From a virus (Duplodnaviria > Caudoviricetes): DNA of 62,243 nt. The notes beneath the pieces are model-generated. The model did no database searches. It worked only from the letters and a program-made list of their open reading frames with translations, and was not told the DNA's origin. Position numbers and translations under genes: made by a program. The stretch lies in IMG/VR virus record IMGVR_UViG_3300043408_000040, positions 1-62,243 of that record. One strand, written 5' to 3'. Below, one piece after another: positions 1 to 6,831 of the stretch; the first letter of the stretch is position 1, and every line of letters begins with the position of its first letter.

Positions 1-240
1 GCTGAGTAGACTTGCTTGGCCACATGTGTGATGGCTTGCGATGGGACTGCTGCCTTCACCAGACGGGCTGTTCCGGCTGCGGTGGTGACGAGATAGATAC
101 GAGTTGTTGTTGTCATGGTGTTACTCCTTAAAATTTCCAGGTGATTGCTTTGACAGCCCACATCTGTGCGGTCTGTGTGTCGGTGATAGCGAGGGACAGC
201 ATTCGCTTCACCTCGTTGTCGGTTGCCTCTGCTCGGCGTT
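1..240. repeat. Terminal direct repeat (copy 1), circular-assembly overlap
   Basis: Identical to 62004-62243 except T113 vs C62116. Confidence 0.97.
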
Positions 241-367
241 TGTGTAACGCATCGACAAGACCCGCATAAAGCTGCTTAATTACGGCAACCTCCATGCTGC
301 CATCGGGATTAAAAGAGACGCCGCAGGCTTTCTCTCCATAACTTAATTCACGTTGCTCTTCGCTCAT
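128..367 (-). CDS. Small helical-hairpin protein, Acb2/Tad1-like (putative immune-signal sponge)
   Basis: 79 aa, AAGGAG RBS; C-terminal 'RMLSLAITDTQTAQMWAVKAITW' resembles the Acb2/Tad1 hairpin motif. Confidence 0.55.
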   Translation of the reverse strand: MSEEQRELSYGEKACGVSFNPDGSMEVAVIKQLYAGLVDALHKRRAEATDNEVKRMLSLAITDTQTAQMWAVKAITWKF

Positions 368-384
368 GATTTCTCCTTGGTTGG

Positions 385-1572
385 TTAATTTCCCTTGACG
401 CAGAGGACCTGCTTCAGGGTGTGTACTACCTCTACGAGGTCAGTTTGGTTTGCCATTACTTGGTCGATGTCCTTGTAACTGGCTGGGATTTCGTCGATCA
501 CGCCTTCGTCTTTGCGGCACTCCACGCCTTCAGTCTGGGCGATCAGATCAGTCAGGCTGAATCGTCGCTTAGCTTCAGCGCGGGACATGACTCGACCTGC
601 TCCGTGTGAACAGGAACAGTAGGATTGAAGGTCACCTTTTCCTCGCACGATGTAACTGCGCTGGCCCATACTTCCGGGGATGATGCCAAGATCGCCATCG
701 CGTGCCCGAATTGCACCTTTGCGGGTGACCCACATATTGCGTCCGAAGTGGTTTTCTTTTTCGACATAGTTGTGATGGCAGTTGATTGCTTCCTGTGTGA
801 TGGTGAACTCAGGCATCATGCCGCGCATAGCTTCAATGACTTGGATCATCATGCGGCGACGGTTCTCAAGCGCATAGTTCTGCGCCCAGCCCACTGCGTA
901 CATGTAGTCGTCGAAGTCCTCCGTGTCTTCAGGGAAGTATGCGAGGTTGTCGTCAGGCAGCGTGATGAAGAATTGCTCCATCTGGCGCTTGGCCTTGGCG
1001 ATGTAGTATGTGCCGATCATGTTTCCAATGCCACGGGAACCCGAGTGCAGCATGATCCACACGTCCTGGTTCTCGTCGATGCAGATTTCAATGAAGTGGT
1101 TACCCGAACCCAGTGAACCGATCTGTGATGCAGCCTTGGCGTAGAACTGCGCAGTGCGGCCTTTGAATATAGGGTCAATGATTGTCTTGCCCATCATCGG
1201 AGTGAACTCGCCAATGTCCGTGCTGTGATCGTGTGCGCCACCAGCACCCAGAGGCACGCGGCGCTCAATCTCATCGCGCAAAGGCTTGAGGTTGTCAGGT
1301 AGATCGCTGGCCTTTAGGGATAGGCGCACAGCATTCATGCCGCAGCCAATGTCCACGCCAACGGCGGCGGGTATCACGGCCTTCTCTGTGGCGATCACAG
1401 TGCCCACGGTTGAGCCGATGCCAGCGTGAACGTCAGGCATGCAGGCCACGCCATTGGAGGCAATGAATGGCAAGCGCGACAGGTTCTTGAGTTGTGTCAG
1501 AGCCGAGGCCTCAACATCGTCTGTCCAGATTTTGATGGGGCGTGAGCCTTCATCTTGAATGACTTGTTTCAT
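385..1572 (-). CDS. rtcB: RtcB family RNA ligase
   Basis: MPDVHAG, VGVDIGCG, GSGNHFIE, LHSGSRG, CHHN, IPGSMG, SHGAGR, DEIPASYK motifs. Confidence 0.97.
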   Translation of the reverse strand: MKQVIQDEGSRPIKIWTDDVEASALTQLKNLSRLPFIASNGVACMPDVHAGIGSTVGTVIATEKAVIPAAVGVDIGCGMNAVRLSLKASDLPDNLKPLRDEIERRVPLGAGGAHDHSTDIGEFTPMMGKTIIDPIFKGRTAQFYAKAASQIGSLGSGNHFIEICIDENQDVWIMLHSGSRGIGNMIGTYYIAKAKRQMEQFFITLPDDNLAYFPEDTEDFDDYMYAVGWAQNYALENRRRMMIQVIEAMRGMMPEFTITQEAINCHHNYVEKENHFGRNMWVTRKGAIRARDGDLGIIPGSMGQRSYIVRGKGDLQSYCSCSHGAGRVMSRAEAKRRFSLTDLIAQTEGVECRKDEGVIDEIPASYKDIDQVMANQTDLVEVVHTLKQVLCVKGN

Positions 1573-2468
1573 GCTTTTTCCTTTGACGCCATGTAGTCCT
1601 GATGCTGCTTGCAGTAAGGAGCCACTTGGCAGAATGATTCACAGCGAGTGCGGCCGCCCTCACGAACTTCAATCAGAAACTTTTCGCCCTTCTTGGCTTT
1701 TTCTGTTGCGGCAGCCAGGGCTGTCTCTGCTGCTTCGCGTGCTTCGTGGACGCTCTTTGCTCTGACGTTGCCATCCTTCTTGAGTGCGTACGTTGTCGGC
1801 TTCTCCCAGGTTTCCTCTGGTGTGCACTCGGGCATCTCGCCGTCGGTTTCCATCTCAAAGAATGCGTCGCCATGCAAAGAGATGCGGCTGCGCACGTAGG
1901 CCTCACGATCAGCAAACGACCACAGAGGGATGTCAATCACCACGATAGGTGCCTTGGGGTAGCCTTCGCGTGTAGCTGCTTCACGGCGGCTCCAGTCGCG
2001 CACGATGGCCACGATCTGCAGCTTCTTCACGGGGATCTTTTTGGCCGCTTCGACAAGGTACGCGTAGCTGTTGAGCTGGTTGTGCCAGTCTTGCTTTTCA
2101 TTAAGTACACTCCATGCTGAGGTGGTCTTGTAGTCCGACACAATGATGCCGTCCTCTTCGATCTCCTGCAGGTCGATCGCGCCACTGATGTGCATGTTGT
2201 CCAGCACGATGTGGATGCGCTCTTCAACGATGTGGTTGTCGCCTTTGCCGTGCTCAAGAACATTGTGAATAGCAGTACCAAAGATGCTCCACACCATTGA
2301 TGATGCATCCTCGGTCAATTCATCCCAATGCTTGCGCTTGAGTTGCACGATACGCGGGCTGTTGAGCAGCTCCGTCACCGACATGTTGGCTTTTCCTTTG
2401 CTGTATTCCGGGCGTGCAATCACGTTCATGATTGTTTCGGGCATGCCAAATTCATTTGTAAGTTTCAT
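1569..2468 (-). CDS. PD-(D/E)XK exonuclease, Cas4-like phage recombination nuclease
   Basis: GTAIH, SGAIDL, DYKTT, QLNSY motifs; C-terminal RCESFCQVAPYC. Confidence 0.8.
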   Translation of the reverse strand: MKLTNEFGMPETIMNVIARPEYSKGKANMSVTELLNSPRIVQLKRKHWDELTEDASSMVWSIFGTAIHNVLEHGKGDNHIVEERIHIVLDNMHISGAIDLQEIEEDGIIVSDYKTTSAWSVLNEKQDWHNQLNSYAYLVEAAKKIPVKKLQIVAIVRDWSRREAATREGYPKAPIVVIDIPLWSFADREAYVRSRISLHGDAFFEMETDGEMPECTPEETWEKPTTYALKKDGNVRAKSVHEAREAAETALAAATEKAKKGEKFLIEVREGGRTRCESFCQVAPYCKQHQDYMASKEKA

Positions 2469-2707
2469 TGCTGGCGCTCCTTGACCATGATGGCTGTTTG
2501 CTTATGCACAGACATGAACAAGTCAACGGCTTCATGCATCGACATTCCGGCTGCCGAGCAGAAGGATGAAAAGATGATTGCGGCTGATGTAGAGGCGACG
2601 GCAACAACGCCATCAGAGTCGTCGAGCAGTGTCTGCCCGTGCTTGTTTGCAAGCCCAATTGACTTTCGCAGAACTTCGATGCTTTCTTGTCTTTCTTCTG
2701 GCGTCAT
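2465..2707 (-). CDS. Hypothetical protein
   Basis: AGGAG RBS before ATG at 2707; stop overlaps next start. Confidence 0.7.
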   Translation of the reverse strand: MTPEERQESIEVLRKSIGLANKHGQTLLDDSDGVVAVASTSAAIIFSSFCSAAGMSMHEAVDLFMSVHKQTAIMVKERQQ

Positions 2708-2738
2708 TTGTTTACTCCTGTGTGGTGGGTGAGGCTTG

Positions 2739-2766
2739 ATTGTACCTGTTATATCAGCATCGTCAA
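2739..2766 (-). promoter_or_regulatory. Sigma70-like promoter of leftward early operon
   Basis: TTGACG-16 nt-TACAAT on minus strand. Confidence 0.65.
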
Positions 2767-2811
2767 CACCCAATACAATATCTTTTCAAAATATTTTCAT
2801 AGGGACAAACC

Positions 2812-3111
2812 ATGAGAAGAGCTGCACGGCGAGATCACGGGGAGCAAGACATCATCAAGGCCATGAGGGCCTGCGGTGCGTTCGTCAAGGTCATCAATGA
2901 CGAGGGCACGTTCGATCTCCTTGTTGGCTGCACAGGTTTTTCAGGTCGGTTTTACACCTTGCTCCTTGAAATCAAAGACGGCACCAAGCCGCCATCAGCC
3001 AGGCGACTCACGGACGCAGAGCAGAAGTTCCACGACGAGTGGCCCGGCGACAACTTGCACATCGTCAACAGTGTTCAAGAGGCATTGGACCTGCTCAAGA
3101 CTTGCGTATAG
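2812..3111 (+). CDS. VRR-NUC / Holliday-junction resolvase-like nuclease
   Basis: FDLLVG...LLEIKDG...RLTDAEQKFHDEW pattern. Confidence 0.7.
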   Translation: MRRAARRDHGEQDIIKAMRACGAFVKVINDEGTFDLLVGCTGFSGRFYTLLLEIKDGTKPPSARRLTDAEQKFHDEWPGDNLHIVNSVQEALDLLKTCV

Positions 3112-3114
3112 AAT
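3085..3114 (+). promoter_or_regulatory. Putative promoter for small RNA
   Basis: TTGGAC-18 nt-TAGAAT. Confidence 0.45.
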
Positions 3115-3120
3115 CGCGTC

Positions 3121-3184
3121 CTGAACATTCATGTGTTCTCCTGTTGGGTAATTTCCCCTCACCTCAGACGTGGGGGGATTTTTT
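3121..3184 (+). ncRNA. Candidate trans-acting antisense sRNA (anti-SD/anti-AUG seed plus intrinsic terminator)
   Basis: 5' hairpin GAACA/TGTTC, seed ATTCATGTGTTCTCCT, terminator TCCCCTCAC/GTGGGGGGA followed by T6. Confidence 0.5.
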
Positions 3185-3191
3185 CAGGGCC

Positions 3192-3307
3192 ACCAACCAT
3201 GCGTCTTTGGGACTTACGTCCGGGCAAAACAAGGATTCATGGTTGATGGTTAAGCGCACTGCTTGCAAGGCGTAGGGCTGGGGATTCTCGGTCGCCATCA
3301 GCCCATG
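3192..3307 (+). ncRNA. Structured RNA element with two mutually exclusive folds
   Basis: 3238-3250 can pair with 3192-3201 or with 3295-3307. Confidence 0.4.
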
Positions 3308-3356
3308 TTGTACATTAGTTCGATTCCATGTATTATTTGATGCAAAGGAGTCAGCA

Positions 3357-3893
3357 ATGTTCACTGAAAAGCAAATTCAAAATTTCCTGTCGAAAACTCA
3401 AGCGCAGGAAAACGGCTGCATACATCACTTGGCCAAGTCAAAAAAACATGGCTACCCGTACGTCCACTTGCGCATTGGGTCTGGTGTTGAAGTAAGAACG
3501 TCAGCCCACAGGGTTGCTTGGATCATCAAGAATGGTCCAATACAAGGCGGTCTATATGTTCTGCACAAATGCGACAACCGGATGTGCTGCAACCCAGATC
3601 ACCTTTTTCTTGGTACGCACCAAGACAACATGGATGACATGAGGAGCAAAGGCCGATCCAAGCTGATCGGCGCAGGAAGAGACTACGAGCTGCTTCAGAG
3701 TTTTGCTCAGTCCGAGTCGGCTCAAGAAAAACGCAGAGAGACATTTGCGCGGATTGGCCATCAGCGTGGCGCGGCAAACTCGCAGCATGGCACGTACTGG
3801 ATCACAAACGGTCTAACCAGCCAAAGGTGGAGGGATTCATTGGGTGAAATTCCGGATGGATTTAAAAGAGGCCGGGTTCAGAAAAGCACTTGA
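3357..3893 (+). CDS. Free-standing HNH homing endonuclease
   Basis: SAHRVAW, VLHKCDNRMCCNPDHLFLGTHQDNMDDM; C-terminal WITNG...GFKRGR tail; AAGGAG RBS. Confidence 0.9.
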   Translation: MFTEKQIQNFLSKTQAQENGCIHHLAKSKKHGYPYVHLRIGSGVEVRTSAHRVAWIIKNGPIQGGLYVLHKCDNRMCCNPDHLFLGTHQDNMDDMRSKGRSKLIGAGRDYELLQSFAQSESAQEKRRETFARIGHQRGAANSQHGTYWITNGLTSQRWRDSLGEIPDGFKRGRVQKST

Positions 3894-3920
3894 CACTAAC
3901 CCTGTAGTGTGTTGTATACT
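3890..3920 (+). promoter_or_regulatory. Putative promoter for downstream ncRNA region
   Basis: TTGACA-19 nt-TATACT (spacer is long). Confidence 0.5.
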
Positions 3921-3926
3921 GGAGCC

Positions 3927-4024
3927 GTTGTCGTTGCACACAACAAGTCAGAAGCCGTTTATGCATGCGTACTGCCCTCATCCTTGAGGGGTGCAACCAG
4001 TTCGCAGTCGTAAACGGCTTTTTT
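3927..4024 (+). ncRNA. Pseudoknotted leader/attenuator ending in a U-tract
   Basis: Loop GTTGCAC (3933-39) complementary to GTGCAAC (3991-97); stem AAGCCGTTTA/TAAACGGCTT followed by Ts. Confidence 0.55.
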
Positions 4025-4034
4025 CATTTGTGCT

Positions 4035-4241
4035 GACTGTTTAAAGATGATGCGGCGTGGACGGACACGCTAGGTGCGGTGCAGAAAAATTCAATGCGGC
4101 GAGGAGTAATTTCCCTGTGGTCGCACTGCGAAGGTACTGACAGGAAATTGGAGTTGGCCCTGGGGACGCCCATCCAACCGGCGGCAGCGGCCAGTGGGCT
4201 GCCAATCTGGAATCAAGCCCAGACATCATCTTTAAACAGTC
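4035..4241 (+). ncRNA. Multibranched RNA closed by a perfect 18-bp stem, with tRNA-like arms
   Basis: GACTGTTTAAAGATGATG / CATCATCTTTAAACAGTC with several internal hairpins. Confidence 0.55.
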
Positions 4242-4249
4242 TCCTCGAC

Positions 4250-4520
4250 TTCCGTACTCCGCACGATAGCAAGCACCTGCATGGGTGGCGCGGAAGGGAA
4301 CACGCGTCTCCGAACGACCAACGGAGGCGTGCCAGACTAACTGTGGTACTGGCGCAGGCATGAGTGATAACGGTGACGGCTACAGCACTCCTCCCGATGA
4401 AGCAGTCGTTTATGACGGGCTACCCAGCGATGGATGCCAGCTAGCCACAGGGCCGACAGATGCGCGGCTGTGGTGGGTACGGTGACTGGATACCTTTATA
4501 CGGGGTCCCCAGTCACCCGG
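4250..4520 (+). ncRNA. Hairpin-dense structured non-coding region
   Basis: At least 6 consecutive stems; no credible ORF with RBS. Confidence 0.45.
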
Positions 4521-4566
4521 CGTAGCAATGGCTGAAACTTTTTTGAGCTGACGGAATTTTGGTTGT

Positions 4567-4590
4567 AAAAAAACCCGCGCTAGGCGGGCT
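4567..4590 (-). terminator. Rho-independent terminator of leftward operon
   Basis: Minus strand AGCCCGC-loop-GCGGGT followed by T-run. Confidence 0.7.
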
Positions 4591-5293
4591 CCGATTTGAT
4601 GGCGTAGTCATGGAAGACAGCACCCCTTGAGGGATCACCCACCTTACAAGGCTTGACCCACACGTTCGAGCCGTTGCGCAGGCGGCGCAGGTGGCCTCTG
4701 CGGTCATGCAAACGGGGTGAGGCATGGTTACCCCCTTTATCCTCCGATCGCGCCTTGACGGGCTCAATGTAGACCGTTGTCCAGTCGTATGTTGGCAGCT
4801 TGCCTTGTTGTATTTTCCTGCGGTTGGTGAAGGTGTCTCGCGCAACAGGACGGTAGCTCTGGGCTCTTTGTGAGATGGACTTGTACCAAGCAGAGACAAA
4901 GCCAAGGATCATCTGGGCCTCCTTCTCCTCGATACTTTCTTTCTCGTCCACTGCGCCATAGCGCACTAGGCCGCCGTCTACCGCGTAGACCAGTATTGGG
5001 CTGGCTATGGGCCGACCACCGGTTGGTGCTCGCCAAACGGACAGAGCAATCCCATCCTCAGGGTCGTCTCCGGCGACGGTCATGAACATTTCCATTGGTC
5101 TTCCGCTGGTAGTCTTGCCCTGAAACACAACCATGCACTTTTCAAACGGCGGTCTGTATTCGAGTAGAGGGTCTGATTCAACGTGGGTTTTGTCTTGGAA
5201 CATCCCGGTTGCATCAAACCACTGAAGCTCAGTTGGATCTATGCCCGCATCTGACATAAACCGCATCGTGGATCGGATCAGCTGCGTTGTCAT
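4580..5293 (-). CDS. Conserved phage hypothetical protein
   Basis: C-terminal HASPRLHDRRGHLRR...VWV...GD motif typical of a phage family; ATGA coupling. Confidence 0.75.
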   Translation of the reverse strand: MTTQLIRSTMRFMSDAGIDPTELQWFDATGMFQDKTHVESDPLLEYRPPFEKCMVVFQGKTTSGRPMEMFMTVAGDDPEDGIALSVWRAPTGGRPIASPILVYAVDGGLVRYGAVDEKESIEEKEAQMILGFVSAWYKSISQRAQSYRPVARDTFTNRRKIQQGKLPTYDWTTVYIEPVKARSEDKGGNHASPRLHDRRGHLRRLRNGSNVWVKPCKVGDPSRGAVFHDYAIKSEPA

Positions 5294-5454
5294 TCCGGAT
5301 CTCTCCAAATATCTGGAGTGGCCCATGCGAACAAGGCCTCCCACATTGATTGGCAATCTCCGATCCGTTCGTAGTAGAACTTGGCAAGCTCCAGCTGGTT
5401 ATCACGCTCTTGGAGCCACCACTCATGGGCTGTGTAGGGGGGATACTTGCGCAT
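5290..5454 (-). CDS. Hypothetical protein (54 aa, not in ORF track)
   Basis: MRKYPPY...WRDPE; translationally coupled on both sides. Confidence 0.6.
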   Translation of the reverse strand: MRKYPPYTAHEWWLQERDNQLELAKFYYERIGDCQSMWEALFAWATPDIWRDPE

Positions 5455-5645
5455 CAGTCCTCCAGTCCAAGCATGCCTACACCGCGGCGCACGGCCGTCA
5501 GCACTTGCTCTAAGTTGTGATTGCTCAGCACCAGTGGGTTTTTAACCTGGAGCGTGCAGCAGTGGGAATCCTCCATCTCCAGGATGAACAGGACGTTCTT
5601 GTCCTCGTCTACAGCCTCTATGCGAGTTGGGTATACGTCGATCAT
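5454..5645 (-). CDS. Hypothetical protein
   Basis: Coupled ORF MIDVYPTRIE... Confidence 0.65.
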   Translation of the reverse strand: MIDVYPTRIEAVDEDKNVLFILEMEDSHCCTLQVKNPLVLSNHNLEQVLTAVRRGVGMLGLED

Positions 5646-5806
5646 GCTGTCTCGCTTTCGCTTGGGATTTGAGTTGGCTGAACTTGCCATTGAGATACAA
5701 CATCCTTGCGGACCAGCAGTGCAAAGTAAAGTATCTCCGGGGTCATCAGGGGAATACCGGCCTCCGCTCCAAGTCGGTTTAGCTTGTCAATAAGCCTCTC
5801 ACTCAT
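5642..5806 (-). CDS. Hypothetical protein (54 aa, not in ORF track)
   Basis: MSERLIDK...; ATGA overlaps on both sides. Confidence 0.6.
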   Translation of the reverse strand: MSERLIDKLNRLGAEAGIPLMTPEILYFALLVRKDVVSQWQVQPTQIPSESETA

Positions 5807-6105
5807 GTCATGTCCTTTTTGATGTCGTAAAAGATTTCCTGAAACTCGCCGTCGCGTCTGGAGATCTTGATTGCCGAATCAAGCCGCCGAGCAAAGGCAA
5901 CATTCGGATAGCTGAATGTGCCGCGCCATGCATTGTCTTTGGTCAGTCTCTCCATGGCGGGATACATGACATCTGAGCCGTACTTGTTGCGGTAATACTC
6001 AATGATGCGCACTACCTCTGGCGACTGGGCGGCACTCGTGTCTGATGCGAGCAGCAGGTACAGAGAGCGCAATCCAACCCAGTCTGGCTTGGTAATCTTC
6101 TTCAT
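5803..6105 (-). CDS. Hypothetical protein
   Basis: GAGG RBS, coupled. Confidence 0.65.
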   Translation of the reverse strand: MKKITKPDWVGLRSLYLLLASDTSAAQSPEVVRIIEYYRNKYGSDVMYPAMERLTKDNAWRGTFSYPNVAFARRLDSAIKISRRDGEFQEIFYDIKKDMT

Positions 6106-6296
6106 TTCGCCTCCTCTATTCGCACCTTGACGCGGATTGCTTCAGCCATTACGCCCGTGGTTCGTGTGATGCTTTCGGCAAAGATGATTGCTTCTTGCTT
6201 GGTGCTCAGTGTGACCGGTCCGCCAGTGGACATCTTGTAGAAGCTACGGCCGCGAAGTTTGATGGCCCATGACTTGGTGCTGATGTTTATTGCCAC
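6102..6296 (-). CDS. Hypothetical protein
   Basis: Operon context. Confidence 0.55.
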   Translation of the reverse strand: MAINISTKSWAIKLRGRSFYKMSTGGPVTLSTKQEAIIFAESITRTTGVMAEAIRVKVRIEEAK

Positions 6297-6628
6297 AAAG
6301 ATACTCTCTCTATGAATTTGGTTTTTGGTATGGTTTCGTTGGCGGCTTGCATCTTTTTAAGATAGCTTTTGCGGCTGCGCTCCACCTGATCTTGGGTCTG
6401 CCGCGGCTGGGCATCCTCGCCCTCGCCGAATGCATAAATCTTGACCCGGTTACGGCCGTCAGTTTGATTGCTGTAGTCGATGACGTAGATCATCTTTTCG
6501 GCTTTGAGTTCAGCCAGAAGATTGCCAACTGTCTTTGGGTTCACGCCGGTGCGCCGCGCCAGATCCAGCCTGCTTGCTGGCCCCTTCATCAGTGCTTTGA
6601 TGACCTGTACTGCTTGAGCGATGTTCAT
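6287..6628 (-). CDS. Winged-HTH DNA-binding protein
   Basis: SRLDLARRTGVNPKTVGNLLAEL HTH pattern. Confidence 0.7.
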   Translation of the reverse strand: MNIAQAVQVIKALMKGPASRLDLARRTGVNPKTVGNLLAELKAEKMIYVIDYSNQTDGRNRVKIYAFGEGEDAQPRQTQDQVERSRKSYLKKMQAANETIPKTKFIERVSLWQ

Positions 6629-6831
6629 GGCTTATCCATCATGGCGTCCATCAATGGCGTGCCGCAGATGTATTTCTCTTGCAACGTGCCCAGTACGATG
6701 CGCTCCAGGCCTTCTATTGCGTTGTGCAGGTCATCGTGCAAGTAATCTGGCAGCGGTGTTTTCATGCTGAACGCCCAAGACTCCAGCGCTGACAGCAGCT
6801 TGATGGCATGCAATGCTTGCTCTTTGGTCAT
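6625..6831 (-). CDS. Hypothetical protein
   Basis: MTKEQALHAIKLLSALESW; coupled. Confidence 0.65.
   Translation of the reverse strand: MTKEQALHAIKLLSALESWAFSMKTPLPDYLHDDLHNAIEGLERIVLGTLQEKYICGTPLMDAMMDKP

Noticed and set aside
1569-2468. CRISPR-Cas or other guide-array system
   Set aside because: Solo Cas4-like nuclease typical of phage recombination; no repeat-spacer array or other cas genes seen.
3241-3305. Canonical tRNA (Cys-like GCA)
   Set aside because: No TTC T-loop, no proper anticodon stem and no CCA; kept only as an unassigned structured element.
4035-4241. tmRNA
   Set aside because: No G3-U70 alanine acceptor with CCA and no tag frame ending in an ALAA-like sequence and stop.
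4041-4485. Short ORFs in the structured region (4041-4361, 4079-4363, 4285-4485)
   Set aside because: No convincing RBS or phage-like codon usage; better explained as structured non-coding sequence, though translation is not excluded.
3186-4560. Group I intron harbouring the HNH
   Set aside because: No recognisable P7 R/S consensus and no interrupted host gene on either side.
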